Origin: the human T2T-CHM13v2.0 reference genome, Homo sapiens | Length of the DNA stretch: 64,000 bases | Reading direction: 5' to 3' (one strand) | Assembly: GCF_009914755.1 (NCBI RefSeq) | Contig: NC_060942.1 | Shown: piece by piece, positions 19,465 to 34,041 of the stretch | Layout of the letters: the number at the start of each line of letters is the position of its first letter | Numbering within the stretch: the first letter of the stretch is position 1 | Notes under the pieces: model-generated | What the model was told of the DNA's origin: nothing | Databases searched by the model: none | What the model saw: the letters and a program-made list of their open reading frames with translations, nothing else | Program-made: the position numbers and the translations under genes

Positions 19465-20580
19465 TGCTTTTTAAAATTGTGGCAAAATAGACATAACATA
19501 ATATTTGTAATTTTATTTTTATTTATTTTTTATTGTAAATTGAATATTCTTAATTGTATATATTTATGGGAGACAGTGATGTTATAACTCATGAATACTT
19601 TGTGGAATAATTAAATGAAGCTAGTTAATGTATCCATCACTTCAACAACTTAACATCTTTTTTGTGGTGAGAGCATTTGAAATTTACTCTTAGCAATTTT
19701 GAAATGTGCAATACTCTATTATTAACCGTATTCACCACACTGTGCAATAGAACTAAAAAAAAAAAAAATCCCACACCATGTTTCTCTTCTGAGATTTTGT
19801 ACCCTTTGACCATCATCTCCCAACCCACTTCACCTTCAGCCTCTGTAGCCGCCATTCCACTCTCTGCTTCTATGGGTTCAATTGTTTTAGATTCCACATG
19901 TAAGCGAGAATATATGGCATTTGTTTTTCTGTGCCTGGCTTATTTCACTTAGCATAATATTCTCCAGTTCCATCCATGTTGTTATTGATGACACAATTTC
20001 CTTCTTTATTAAGGCTGAATAATAGTTCATTGTGCATATACACCACATTTTAAAATCCATTTATCTGTTGATTCATGGACATTTCGGTTGATTCATGGAC
20101 ATTTCGGTTGATTCCGTATCTTGGTTATTGTGAACACAGCTTCAGTGAACTTGGGCGTGCAGACATCTCTTGGACAAACTGATTATAACTCTTTTGGGCA
20201 AATATCCAGAAGTTGGATTGCTGGATCAATATTTGTCATTTTAACCATTTGTAAGTACAATTCAGTGGCCTCACGTACATTCATAATCTGTGTAACTATC
20301 ACCACTGTCTGTGTCCAGGACATTTTAGTTATCCCTAACATAAACTCTGTATCCACTAAACAATAACTCTTCTTTCCCCACCCTCCCCTAAACCCTAGAT
20401 AGTCTCTGTTTTGCTTTCTGTCTCTATAAATTTGCTTATCATAGGTACATCATGTAAATGGAATCATGAAATATTTGTCCTTCTGTCCTGGCTTATTTCA
20501 CTTAGCATAATGTTTTCAAGGTTCATCCATGTTGTAGTATATGTCAAAATTTCATTACTTTGCATGGGTGAATAATATTT
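19465..20580 (-). mobile_element. L1MB-like fragment with a nested L1MA 3' end (19516-20228)
   Basis: Two GGCTTATTTCACTTAGCATAAT motifs; the nested piece is flanked by AATATTTGT(A/C)ATTTTA. Confidence 0.75.
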
Positions 20581-21267
20581 ATAGCAGGCTTTTAGTATCA
20601 TAAAAACTTACTACAATCATCATAGTCTAGTACAGGGGTGCTAAGGACTGCAAAATCATACCGATGGCTTCTATCTTCCTTGTCAGTATTTCCTATTGTC
20701 TTTAGTGCAAAATTGTTCTTCCTAAATCCTCTTTGAGCTGTTTCACTGACATCACCTCAAAGCCATACTGAATGTCATATGGTAAGGCAGGATCTTGTTC
20801 ACTAGCAAGATATGAAGACCTTGGAAGGCTGCCAGGCTCCCAGCTCTGAGGCCCTGCTTGCTGCAAATTATCTCTGCTGGGCTGAGCAGGGCAGGTGCAG
20901 AGGAAAAGGGCAACTGTAGATCAACAGCAGCTGCTGCTTGCTGACTGGAAATAGGGCCGGCACAAGCAAAGGGTCAAGAAGAAACATCTTAGGTAATGGT
21001 TTCCATAGTTTCCCTCCTTGGGAGGAAATAAATGACAGAGTCACAAAAAGAGAGACCATGAATTACAGGTATTGTACTTTCCATAGCTTTGCATTCCGCA
21101 GCTTAAAAACATGACTTTTTGAAGTTTGCATGACTTAGATTTGGCGATCCTAAAGGTTAAAGGCATTTGGTCATTTTTATCTCAAATATCATGTTTTAAA
21201 AGAGATACTATCTCATTTCTCAAATATTGTTTCTCAAAAGAACTAGTGCCAGAAAAATATTTTCTAA

Positions 21268-21593
<326 letters not shown>

Positions 21594-22862
21594 AGCAGTA
21601 TTTTTTTTAATGAGAAAGTGATAATTTAAAAACTCACTTTTGTTCTTGTTGTTAAAATTTAAAGTTTCTTATACTTTCTATATCAGTGTCTGCCTAATTT
21701 TTCTGTAGTGTATTACTAATACTAACAACAGTAGGAAACATTTTTTGAAGGCTTAGTATATGTCAGTGTTCAAAGTAGGCATCTTATATAATCTTTACTT
21801 AATATTTGTAATTATACGATAAAGTAGAAGTTATAATATTCATTATTCTTATCTTTGAAATGAGGAAACTGAGGCTTAGTATAGGTGACAAAATACATAG
21901 CAAAACCATGAGTCAAGGCAAGCTTGGCCAAATGTCAGTGACCTTCTTCTTAGTCACTGCATGCATCAGGTTATCAGATGAGGTTCAAGAATGAAGAGTG
22001 CCTTGAAACTATCTGATTAATCCCCCCCCTTTTCAAATATGGACAGTGAGGCCCAGCGTGGCCTCAGCCCTCTTCCACACTTGTTGAGTGGGTTTGTTGC
22101 AGGGTGGGAACCAGAAGGGGTCTCCCGTCACCAGAAGACCCTTGTGCTTTCATACAAGAGTGCTTGTATTTTCTTGTAACTGCTTTATATCCAATGGTTT
22201 CAAAAAGAAAACTCTTGTAAATACTAAAACACAAAACAATACGTTGAAGAAGAGTGATTTGGGAGGTGGTATCTTTATGACTTTCCTACAAAGTGAAAAA
22301 TGGGCTTGTTAGTGTTTGCTCACTTCACAACCACATTCAGTGAGAAGAATTTTTTTCTTCATTAATTACATTCTCTATCTATATCCTGTAGCATTTGTAT
22401 ACTATGTGTTTTCAGAAATGGCTAGAAATTCCTTTGAAACAAAACTGAAAGCTAAAATTAAAAATACACACTTCTGCTAAATATGGCCTTCATAAAAGAT
22501 TCATAAGTGTTGTTTATTTCTGATGCTGATGCCCTCCATCTCTGTATGCCAAGGTAACTTCTGTAACCTCGTATAACACTTCTACTGCCTTGTCTTGTCA
22601 CGTCTGAAGCCCAGCTCTTTAACTGTAAGAATATTTCCTATTTGTCTGTTCTCTGGCTTAGCCCCATCTGGCTATTGTCTCTGCTTGGAAGGTTTGAGGA
22701 AAATTCTGACTATTTTTATATTTCACTTCTATCACTTCTAAATGCATCTTCTTGTAAATACATCTTCTAAATATTTTGGAAGCCATCTCTGGTTTTCTTA
22801 AATTTTCTCTTATGCTAATTTTGTTTGGTTCTTCTTTATTTATCTGATAATAACAACAGATT

Positions 22863-23290
22863 CTTTTTATTTTAAATTGTTCAGTTCAGTAGTTTACAAT
22901 TTAAAGTTGTACAATCCAGTAGTTTTAGTAGATTACAGAGTTGTGACCACTGTCCCTGCTATCAAATTCCAGGACATTTTCATCACCCAGAAAGAAACCT
23001 CATACCCATTACTGGTTACTCTCAAGTCCTCTCTTCCCCTATCCCCTGGCAACTGCAAATCTGCTTTCTGTATCTACAGATTTGCCTATCCTAGGCATTC
23101 TGTATAAATGTCATCATATAATATGTAGCCTTCTGTGACTAGCTTCTTTCACTTAGCATCAGGTTTCTCAGGTTCCTTCATGTCGTGATATGACTTAACT
23201 TTATCTTATGACCGAATAGTATTCCATTGTATGGATATACCACATTTGTTTATTCATTCTTCAGTTGATGGAGAGTTGGGACTGGTTTCT
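22863..23290 (-). mobile_element. L1M(B) 3' fragment
   Basis: CTTCTTTCACTTAGCATC...GAATAGTATTCCATTGTATGGATATACCAC. Confidence 0.7.
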
Positions 23291-24369
23291 TTGTTAATAA
23301 ACTCTCCTGCCTCCTTGATTTCCTCACTCCAATGCATAATCTGCTACATGTCCAGAATTATCTTCTCAAAGAGTTCTGATCATAGCACCCTGTATATGAA
23401 AACCTGTGAAAGTTCCCCAGTGGCTCACCCACAGAATGAAGCCTTGCCCCCATCCCCCTACTTCAGTCTCATTGCCTATTCTTTCCAGATGCCCCATGTG
23501 GATGAACTCTTATGCCACTCACCTTCCTTGCTTGGGGCCTCTGCCCTGACTAGAATACCCTCTGCTCTCTCCAAGTGGTGAATTCCTCTGGCCTTCCCTG
23601 GGAAGCCTTTCCCAAGGCCTGCTGGGAGAAAGCATGATGCCTCAGCACTTTCTACATTTCCCTTAGTGGAAATATTTACTATTCTGTATGGTAATTATTT
23701 ACCCTTTAATTGTCACTCTACAAAGAGTGTGAGCCCTTTGAGGAAAATGCATGCTTCCTATTTATCTTCCATCTCTCCATGACTTTTCTGTGACCAACCC
23801 AAAGCAGTTGTGTAATCAGTGATGATTTAATTAATGTGCATACCTGTGCTTCACCTTGACTTTGAAGTGTTTATGGAACCATTTAATGTTCCTGGCACTC
23901 AGTTTCTTTACTGGGAAAATGAAGCCAGCTACTTTGAGCCAGGTGCTCGCGTGGCCCCAGGACAGAAAGCAGAAGTGCGTTACCTCATACTGTGCCTGCT
24001 GCCCCACCTTCCAGATGATAACATGTTTTTGCATACTTTATCTTCTTTTGATTGCACACTGTCTGTGTATCTGGCAGCTGTTGTTGCCCTCAGTTGAAAA
24101 CAATTTGAAAGTGAGACCTACGGAGCTTAAATGAATTTTGCCTGTTTGAGGTCACACAGGTAGAATAAAATCTGTCCTATTTAAGCCACATTCCTAAGGA
24201 AGGAAGAGATCCTAAAGGAAAGAACATAAACTCTGCACTGGATAATTTAGCTCCTGAGGGGAAATGGTAGTTTTGCATAGGCTGTGTTTCCACAAAGGAG
24301 GAACTCTTTTCTCCCCCAAGTTCTTTTTTCTTTTCAGTATACATGCATGTTGATATAAACGTTCTGTGA

Positions 24370-24700
<331 letters not shown>

Positions 24701-24836
24701 AGGATCTGAATTTTCAATTCTTTTACTGTTCTTGCTCCAGAGTGATCGACCCCAAACCTGTGAGCAGAGAGAGGATACAACAACCAGCTTAGGGCTTCTG
24801 GGCTTACAAGAATCAGGGAGCACAGGGAGTCCAAGT

Positions 24837-25016
24837 CAGGATTGGGGACATCATTTTCAGGGCCCAGGGCAAAATAAAATGTGAGATTCCTTGTTCAGAA
24901 AGTCTTAAGAATCTCAAAATCATGACAGCAGAGCATTAAACCAAGTAAGGGAGACTTCTAATATGGGCATAGAGATTCCTTCTTGTACAGGTCACATGCC
25001 CATGAAGCTGGCCCTG
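24837..25016 (-). mobile_element. MER45A-like hAT-Tip100 DNA transposon
   Basis: Reverse complement begins CAGGGCCAGCTTCATGGGCATGTGACCTGT and contains TTGGTTTAATGCTCTGCTGTC. Confidence 0.7.
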
Positions 25017-25029
25017 GTCAGAATTGTCT

Positions 25030-25373
25030 AGTCATCCTTTGGTATCTGTGGGAAAATGATTCCAGGACCCCTCCCCTGGTATCGAAATTTGAGGATGTTC
25101 AAGTACCTGATATAAAATGGCATAGTATTTGCATATAACTTAAACACATCCTCATGTATACTTTAAATCACGTCTCGATTACTTATAATACCCAATACAA
25201 CGTAAATACCATGTAAATATTTGTTATACTCTATTGTTTAGGAAATAACGACAAGGAAAAAGTCTGTACATATTGATACAGATGCAACCATCCATTTTTT
25301 TTACAAAAATATTTTTGATCTTTAGTTGGTTAAATCCATGGTTGCAGAACCTACAGATACAGAGGGCCAATGT
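25030..25373. mobile_element. MER2 (Tigger) DNA transposon
   Basis: Degenerate TIRs AGTCATCCTTTGGTATCTGTGG / CTACAGATACAGAGGGCCAATGTA; GATATAAAATGGCATAGTATTTGCATATAAC core. Confidence 0.75.
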
Positions 25374-25479
25374 ATATTCAAATACACTTTGTTCTCAGAG
25401 TCATGGAGAAAACACCACCAACATCAACATTAAGGAATACAGACCAAGACGATTTCTCTTAAAATTCTTTTTTTTCCCC

Positions 25480-25715
25480 TATAATCTAGCTTATATAATA
25501 ATTGTACTTTCTATATTCCAGGCACAGTTATAAGTGTTTTACAAATTCTGACTCATGTTTTTCTTCTTGAGAACTCTATGAGGTAGATGCTACTATTATA
25601 ATACCCATTTTACAGTTGAGGAAACTGAGGCATGGGAATTCACGTAAATTACTCCAAAGTCCACAGAACTTAGCCAGTCTGGCTGAGAGGCTGTGCTTTT
25701 AATGACTATATACAC
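25480..25715 (-). mobile_element. MIR
   Basis: CCCATTTTACAGTTGAGGAAACTGAGGC core. Confidence 0.7.
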
Positions 25716-26371
25716 TGACTCTCTCAAATAAAAATAAGACATATTTACCTTAGTATATGACTCTGTTCCCAACATATTTTTGGAAGATGACAGTTTTGAA
25801 GAGTATCTTCTTTTTTAATCCTCAAAGAGAGAGGATTTAATTAATTACAGGTATCTGTAGAGAACTCCATGAATCCTTCAGGTTCCTGCAACCTAACCCA
25901 TTTATCTATGATCCCATATGAACTGTTACATCATCTCACTTTTTAGCTCTCTGATTCAGTCACAACTATTCAAAAACACATCTGAGAAAGAATAAATGTC
26001 CAAAAATACATCCCTAAAGGAACATCAGTAACTATTACTACCCCCGCTCCATCCCCAATAACAAAGTAGCTTTCAAGAAAAGCTGATAAAACCTTGAGCA
26101 AATAAACACACAGCACTTAAGGTAGCTCCTGAGAATACCTCTATACTCACTGCCGAGGGAAACAACTAGCATTTTTGAATTTGAAGAAAAGGTTAAATTG
26201 GATCTTGCACCATAAAAGAGAGTAAACCACAAAACGAATCTTAGAAAGCATTTTATTCAAAGTGTTAAAATAAATACAAAGTTACGGTATGTATGTATGT
26301 AATAACTTTATATGGAAGCTTCATATAGTCATTCCCATTTACCTTTCATGAGATGTTTGATAAATGTATTG

Positions 26372-26672
<301 letters not shown>

Positions 26673-26917
26673 TGTTTCTGTATTTTATTTGCCTCTCTGT
26701 GCACTTTAGCTTCTGGAATGGAAATTAGGATTGTGGATTTTAACCTCACTGATGAAGACAGCATTTTTTTTTCTCAAGGAATCTGAACCGATCCAAACCA
26801 AATGATATAAATATATGGAAGAATATAAAAAAAAAACCCTTACTACACAAAGAGAATTTTTGTTTCCCTAAAAAGTGTTTACTTCAAAGCTATTTCTTAA
26901 AAAATGCTGAAAGGGTA

Positions 26918-27262
<345 letters not shown>

Positions 27263-27944
27263 TTACTGAGTGTAATGGGGTCATGATGGATTTTCCTAGA
27301 CATTGCTTAGTGCTTCATGGACCTTGCTCCATGATGTTTTGTCAGGAAATGCTGCTCCCATTGGCATGCTTTCTCTCTTCCCGCGGTCGCTGGTGGGCTC
27401 CGGGGTTGTACTGGTTATTTGCTTGTTCTCAGGTACATATTTCTCCCTTCTCTTCCCTTCTCAGCAATGCAGCTCTCTCGCCTTATTCTTTCCATGAAAA
27501 TTCTGCTAATGTAAGACTAGAAGAGAAGATGCCGGGAAAAGCCTGGGTTTCTCTCTCTCTCAATCTTGGAATCTTGGGAAGTGGATTTGTCTTTTCCTCA
27601 GAGCAGCTCCCTCTACACTGTCCCTCTTTCCCCCTCCTTTTCTCTCCTTGGTTTTACCCTCCCCCAGCTTCAAATCCCCTCCTTTTGACATAAACTATGC
27701 TGCCTTCCATTTTCTGACTAGACCCTGACTAATTCGGGGGTGATCAGGAGCTGTGCTAACCTACACCAAAATTGTCTCTGTTCCTTTTCCTCTGGTCATC
27801 ACTTTTTTTGAGATTATAGAACAGGGATGTGTACCTTTCACTGTTTTGATGTTTGTGGACAGATATTTTGGCTCTTTAAAAACTTCTGTGAAACATTAGA
27901 GAAAATTTCATCTGCTATTGTCTCTTGCAATTCCACTATCAGTG

Positions 27945-28205
27945 TTTTATTTTACTTTATTTTAAATTGTTAATCAAACTTTATTTTTAATTGTAAATTG
28001 TCAACTTATATAAATTTATGGGGTACAAAGTGATGTTATAATTTATAAATATGAAGTGAAATAATCTCTCTTAGCAATTTTGAAAGGTACAACCCTCTAA
28101 TATAAATATATTCACCATGCTTGGCAATAGAACTAAAAAAACCCTATATTCTTCTGTGAAACTGAGATTCTGTACCCTTTGACTGTCATTTCCCCATACC
28201 TTCAT
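27945..28205 (-). mobile_element. L1MA 3'-end fragment
   Basis: Similar to 19516-19830 (CTCTTAGCAATTTTGAAA, GTACCCTTTGAC). Confidence 0.7.
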
Positions 28206-29659
28206 CCCTCTCTTCTCATCCTTACTCCACCTCTCTCAACAAGTGCCAGGCTCTTATTTATAAAATGCTCTCATCAGAACTGCATTTTTGCAAAATACCT
28301 TTTTTCTAATAACAAGTGTATAAAGAGAGAAACCTACCTACGCACTGACCAACTTCTAACTAGAATAATCCATCCTGATTTCTTACAGCTTCAGGGGTTT
28401 CAGACACATAAGCCAAAGGCTGCTTCATCTTGAACTCTCTATTTCTTTCCTTGGCTTGTCACACTCCTTGAAGGAAAGTCAAATGACTCTTGGGAGCAAT
28501 AGCTATTTATTTATTTCTTGTTTGTTAATTGGAAAAGGTAAAAGGAAAAAAAGAAAAAATAATGTAACAAGCATTAGCACCCATAAGAACATATTAAACT
28601 CATAAAATTAAGAAACATTTCTAGTAAAGTTGAAGTTCCCTTGATCTTCTCTCTGATCCTGTTCCCTTTATTTCTTCCCATAGGTCCACACAATGATAAT
28701 TGGGCATTTTATTATGTCTGCTCATGCTTTAAATTTTGCTACATATATATTTAATACACAGCATATAAATATTGCTTGCATGTGTTTACAAGTTTACAAA
28801 AGTGGTGTATCTTGCCAAGATCAGATTGATCTAATCTCTGGGAATAAGAAAGAATAAAATTTCCTGAAATTACAAGCTCTGTTTTAGAAACTGTTCCCTT
28901 GAGCAAATTTTAATCTCTAGAGTGATCAGAGTGGCAAATCTTCACTGCAGACAAGAATTCTTGAGATGAGCCTCTTTTTGCCTTAGTGACTTTATGAGGT
29001 TCTCTTAGAAAATGACACCAGCTGTGGATTATCTCTTACCTAAGGGCTGTAAACTTGAGAAAAACTTGCTTTCAGAACATTTTCAACAGTAGATTTCTTT
29101 CTGAGAAGCTGATTTTTTTTTCTGCATCTATTAAAATCTTCAGGTGGTCACTATAGTGAATAAATACATATTTGCTATATTTTAAATCCCTGGATACAAG
29201 ATGTCATTGTATTCACAGTTTTATCTGTCCCAATATAGATTTTTCATGTTAGTGACAAAAATTTCAGAAAAAACATTAAAAATGTGAGTTAGTCATAGTA
29301 TTTATAAATCCATCTTTTTTTTCAGCATGGAAAATTTTAATGATTTTTCAGAAATACACATGGGAATTATAAATTCTTCAAAGGTATACAGTTCTATATG
29401 CTTACAGTACCATGAGAAACAGCTGAGTACCTTAATACTTTAATTGGAATGAAATGTCTCCTCACCTTAGGGTGATTTTAATGAAAGCTGGTATGTTAAT
29501 GAATCTAGCCATTTAGTGGCCACCTGTGACTAAAATACTCAATTACATTGTGTTAGATTTTAGAGTAAGAATTTTATTTCTTTGAAAGTTTAATGAATGC
29601 ATTCAGTTTCTAATATTTATGGATAATTGGATTGATTGACAATGTCTACTAGTAAAGTG

Positions 29660-29756
29660 ATTAGCCATCCTGGTTTTCCTGGTACCGAGGGGCCTCCCAG
29701 GACATGAAACTGTTTTAAAACCATTCCTGGGCAAGCTGGGACGAATTGGCCACCCT
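29660..29756. mobile_element. MER94-like hAT-Blackjack fragment
   Basis: CCATCCTGGTTTTCCTGG...GGGACGAATTGGCCACCCTA. Confidence 0.55.
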
Positions 29757-29759
29757 ACC

Positions 29760-31500
29760 TATGTAGCTACAATGTGCTGTCTAGGCATGCAGGAGACAGC
29801 AATAACTAAGATAATCAAGTCACTGTTCTCATCTAGTGCATGGAGAAAAACAGATGATAGATAAACAATCATGTGTAACATCAGATAGCTATAGGCTATG
29901 CAGGGGACTAAAACAGGTTAATGTAATAGAAAGTAGCTGGGTAGCTATTTTAGGTAGAATGTTTGAAAATGGGGAGGTGACATTTAAGCTGAGATGAATG
30001 GCATGTAAGTGCTGGTCATATAAAAATAGGAAGAACATTCTGGTCAGAGAGAAAAGTTAGAACACAGTTTATAGGTCAGGAATCAGGTTGGTGTGTTCAA
30101 GGAGCCCAGAGGGGTCAATATGCCTAGAGTAGTGCGGGTTTATTAGTGGTCTAGGGCTGCCGTAACAAAAGACCCCAAACTGGGTGGCTTAGCTCAACAG
30201 GAATTTATTGCTTCACAGTTCTGGAGACCAGAGTCTGAAATCAGGGTGTCAGCAGGGCTATAGTCCCTCTTAGCTACCAAAAGCTAGGAAGGGCAAGAAA
30301 GGATCCTCCATGGGAGGATTGTAGATGCACTGCTCCAATCTCTGCCTTCATTGTCACCTGGCATTCTTTCCGTGTCTCTTTTCTTTGAGACAGTGTCTCC
30401 CTCTGTCACCCAGGCTGAAATGCAGTGGCATGATTATGGGTCACTGTAGCCTTGACCTCCTGGGTTCAAGCCATCCTCCTGCCTCAGCCTCCTGAGTAGC
30501 TGGGACCACAGATGTGCACCACCATGCCCTGCTAATTTTTTTTTTTTTTTTGAGATGGAGTCTTGCCAGGTTCCCCAGACAGGACTTGAGCTCCTGGGCT
30601 CAAGTGAACCTCCCGCCTTGGCCTCCCAAAGTGCTGGAATTACAGGCATGAGCCACTATGCCCCGCCAATGTCTCTGTCTTTACATGGCCTTTTCTTCCA
30701 ATAAGGACATCAGTCATTGGATTTAGGGCCTTCTGTAATGATGTCATCTTAACTTGATTACATCTGCAAAGACCCTATTTCTAAATAAGATCATGTTCAC
30801 AGGTATGAGGGTAGGCTGTGTTAGAGATTCAATATGTCTTTTTGGGGGACACAATTCTCTTCACTACAGTGGGCAAAGCCAGAAGTGGCACAAGAGACAG
30901 AGATGGAGGCAGGGCCCAGATCATGCAGGTTTTGCAAGGCAAAGTAAGGACTAAAACTCCTGATGGATTTTAAGGAGGAGAGAGATGTGATATCACAGCC
31001 AGTTAAAAGTAAGATGACTGCTATGGAGAGATGGACCACGGGATGGTAAGGGCGGAGAGAAAGAGACAGGTTAGGAGAGGGTTGGCATGGCCTGGGTGGT
31101 GATAGTGGTGGTGAAGAGGCAGTGAATTGGACAGAGTTGGGATATGATTTAAAGAGAGAACTGCTAGGTTTTCTAGCTTAGAAAGGACAATATGCCATTC
31201 CTAGACCCATTCCTCATGGGGTAAGAAAAGATAGCTGCTTCTCTAGAGGGCTGTGGGGAAGGAGGAAGAGATATTTTTATGGAATAAGCAGGTTTCAGAT
31301 AGGGCATGAAAGAGGAGAGGAGAAGGTTTAGAGAAAAGTTTGAGGATAAAGCAAGTTTCCTGATGATACACTGTACATTCCATAGAATGCACCAACAGGG
31401 TTTTAGAGGGTGGAGAGGAAGGGAAATCGGGTCATATTCGTGCATGTGCCTGCTAGTTTGGGTGATGGTGGCTGACAGGCAGGATTTGGGCTGCTGCTGA
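29760..31500 (-). mobile_element. L2 fragments interrupted by an MLT1 LTR (30133-30868, -) that itself contains an AluJ (30378-30666, -)
   Basis: Purine-rich L2-like GGAGGTGACATTTAAGCTGAGA; MLT1 AACTGGGTGGCTTA...CATCTGCAAAGACCCTATTTCTAAATAAG; Alu dimer. Confidence 0.7.
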
Positions 31501-32105
31501 TGACTGAGGTGAAGTGATTGTAAGCATGCTTTTTTAAAGATGCATCATAAGCTGTTTTTTTTCCATAAATGGAAGTGTTAGGGAAACACCTTTAGAAGCA
31601 AATGTTGAGAATATGTTAGTTCAACATGTTTATTTCTGCATTGGTTTGTATGAAATAGGTTTACACATACAGCTTTAAAAGGCAAATGTAAGTTTGCTTT
31701 CTTAATAATTCATTATAAGCTAAAGGATTAGTATAATAATCTCATAGCGGAAGACAGCCAGTTTAGTGTGTCTCATATGGGAGCCACTGGACAATTGTTT
31801 TGTCTTGCAGTTTCCAGAGGCAGAGTGGGCTGGTGAGAGCCAAGGCCTTCTACAGACTCCTTCTTTAGGAGGTTGGGAGTAATAGGCTCCTGGTCAGCTG
31901 GCAGAGAGCTGGCATTATCTGGAGCAGGAGGTTAGGCATTGCCTTGTTTCTTGGTGACACAATTAAGCATAGACTATTATTCACAAAAGCCTCTTCCGTT
32001 GCAGGGAGCCTCTTCTGCTCATGTGTCAAGTGGTCACGGTGCTAAGGTTTAGTTGCTCTAGACATGTCTACAATTTAGAACTCATGCACCAAAGATGAAA
32101 ATTCC

Positions 32106-32575
32106 GTGCTCCGGGACGAACTGCTGTTCCTGGGCGGCCCGGCTAGCTCTGCCTACGCGCTCAGCCCCTTCTCGGCCTCGGGAGGGTGGGGGCGCGCGGG
32201 CCACTTGCACCCCAAGGGCCGGGAGCTGGACGCTGCCGCGCAGCCCGAGGGCCAGCTGCTCCGGGAGGTGCGCGTGCTCGGGGTCCCCTTCATCCCTCGC
32301 GCCCGGGTGGATGCGTGGCTGGTGCACACCGTGGCTGTCGGGAGCGCGGACGAGGCCCACGGGCTGCTCGGCGCCGCCGCCGCCTCGTCCACCGGAGGAG
32401 CTGGCGCCAGCGTGGACGGCGGCAGCCAGGCTGTGCAGGGGGGCGGCGGGGATCCCCGAGCGGCTCGGAGTGGTCCCTTGGACGCCGGGGAAGAGGAGAA
32501 GGCACCCGCGGAACCGACGGCTCAGGTGGCGGACGCTGGCGGATGTGCGAGCGAGGAGAACGAGGTACTAAGAGA
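32106..32575. promoter_or_regulatory. CpG island-like segment derived from NFE2L3 exon 1 coding sequence
   Basis: About 59 CpGs in ~470 bp by manual count; very GC-rich against an AT-rich background. Confidence 0.8.
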
Positions 32576-33168
32576 AAAGCACGAAGCTGTGGATCATAGT
32601 TCCCAGCGTGAGGAAAATGAAGAAAGGGTGTCAGCCCTGAAGGAGAACTCACTTCAGCAGAATAATGATGATGAAAACAAAATAGCAGAGAAACCTGACT
32701 GGGAGGCAGAAAAGACCTCTGAATCTAGAAATGAGAGACATCTGAATGGGGCAGATACTTCTTTCTTTCTCTCTGGAAGACTTATTCCAGTTGCTTTCAT
32801 CACAGCCTGAAAATTCACTGGAGGGCATCTCATTGGGAGATATTCCTCTTCCAGGCAGTATCAGTGATGGCATGAATTCTTCAGCACATTCTCATGTAAA
32901 CTTCAGCCAGGCTGTAAGTCGGGATGTGAATCTTCATGAGGCCATCTTGCTTTGTCCCAACAGTACATTTAGAAGAGATCCAATAGCAAGGACCTCAGTC
33001 ACAAGAACCATTTCTGCAGTTAAATTCTCATACCACCAATCCTGAGCAAATCCTTCCTGGAACTAATTTGACAGGATTTCTTTCACCGGTTGACAATCAT
33101 ATGGGAATCTAACAAGCCAAGACCTACTGTATGACCTTGATGTAAATATATTTGATGAGATAAACTTA

Positions 33169-34041
33169 ATGTCATTGGCCACAGAAGACAACTTCGATCC
33201 GATCGATGTTTCTCAGCTTTTTGATGAACCAGATTCTGATTCTGGCCTTTCTTTAGATTCAAGTCACAATAGTACCTCTGTCATCAAGTTTAATTCCTCT
33301 CACTCTGTGTGTGATGAAGGTGCTATAGGTTATTGTACTGACCGTGACTCTAGTTCCCATCATGACTTAGAAGGTGCTGTAGGCGGCTACTACCCAGAAC
33401 CCAGTAAGCTTTGTCACTTGGATCAGAGTGATTCTGGTTTCCATGGGGATCTTACATTTCAACACATATTTCATAACCACACTTACCACTTACAGCCAAG
33501 TGCACCAGAATCTACTTCTGAACCTTTTTCGTGGCCTGGGAAGTCACAGAAGATAAGGAGTAGGTACCTTGAAGACACAGATAGAAACTTGAGCCGTGAT
33601 GAATGGAGTGCTAAAGCTTTGCGTATCCCTTTTTCTGTAGATGAAATTGTCGGCATGCCTGTTGATTCTTTCAATAGCATGTTAAGTAGGTATTATCTGA
33701 CAGACCTACAAGTCTCACTTATCCGTGATATCAGACGAAGAGGGAAAAATAAAGTTTCTGCGCAAAACTGTCGTAAACGCAAATTGGACATAATTTTGAA
33801 TCTAGAAGATGATGTATGTAACTTGCAAGCAAAGAAGGAAACTCTTAGAGAGCAAGCACAATGTAACAAAGCTATTAACATTATGAAACAGAAAGTGCAT
33901 GACCTTTATCATGACATTTTTAGTAGATTAAGAGATGACCAAGGTAGGCCAGTCAATCCAAACCACTATGCTCTTCAGTGTACCCATGATGGAAGTATCT
34001 TGATAGTACCCAAAGAACTGGTGGCCTCAGGCCACAAATAG
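33169..34041 (+). other. Residual 290-aa ORF of the pseudogene (DSGLS degron + CNC + bZIP); translation unproven
   Basis: ORF track MSLATEDNFD...ELVASGHK equals the C-terminal part of NRF3. Weak Kozak context (TTAatgT). Confidence 0.5.

Noticed and set aside
32059-32070. Palindrome TAGACATGTCTA (p53 half-site) just upstream of the pseudogene
   Set aside because: Only one half-site; short palindromes are expected by chance.
32082-32652. Overlapping ORFs in alternative frames and on both strands of the GC-rich segment
   Set aside because: Stop-poor by composition; only the 32106 frame matches NRF3, and it starts at GTG at the truncation point and then frameshifts.
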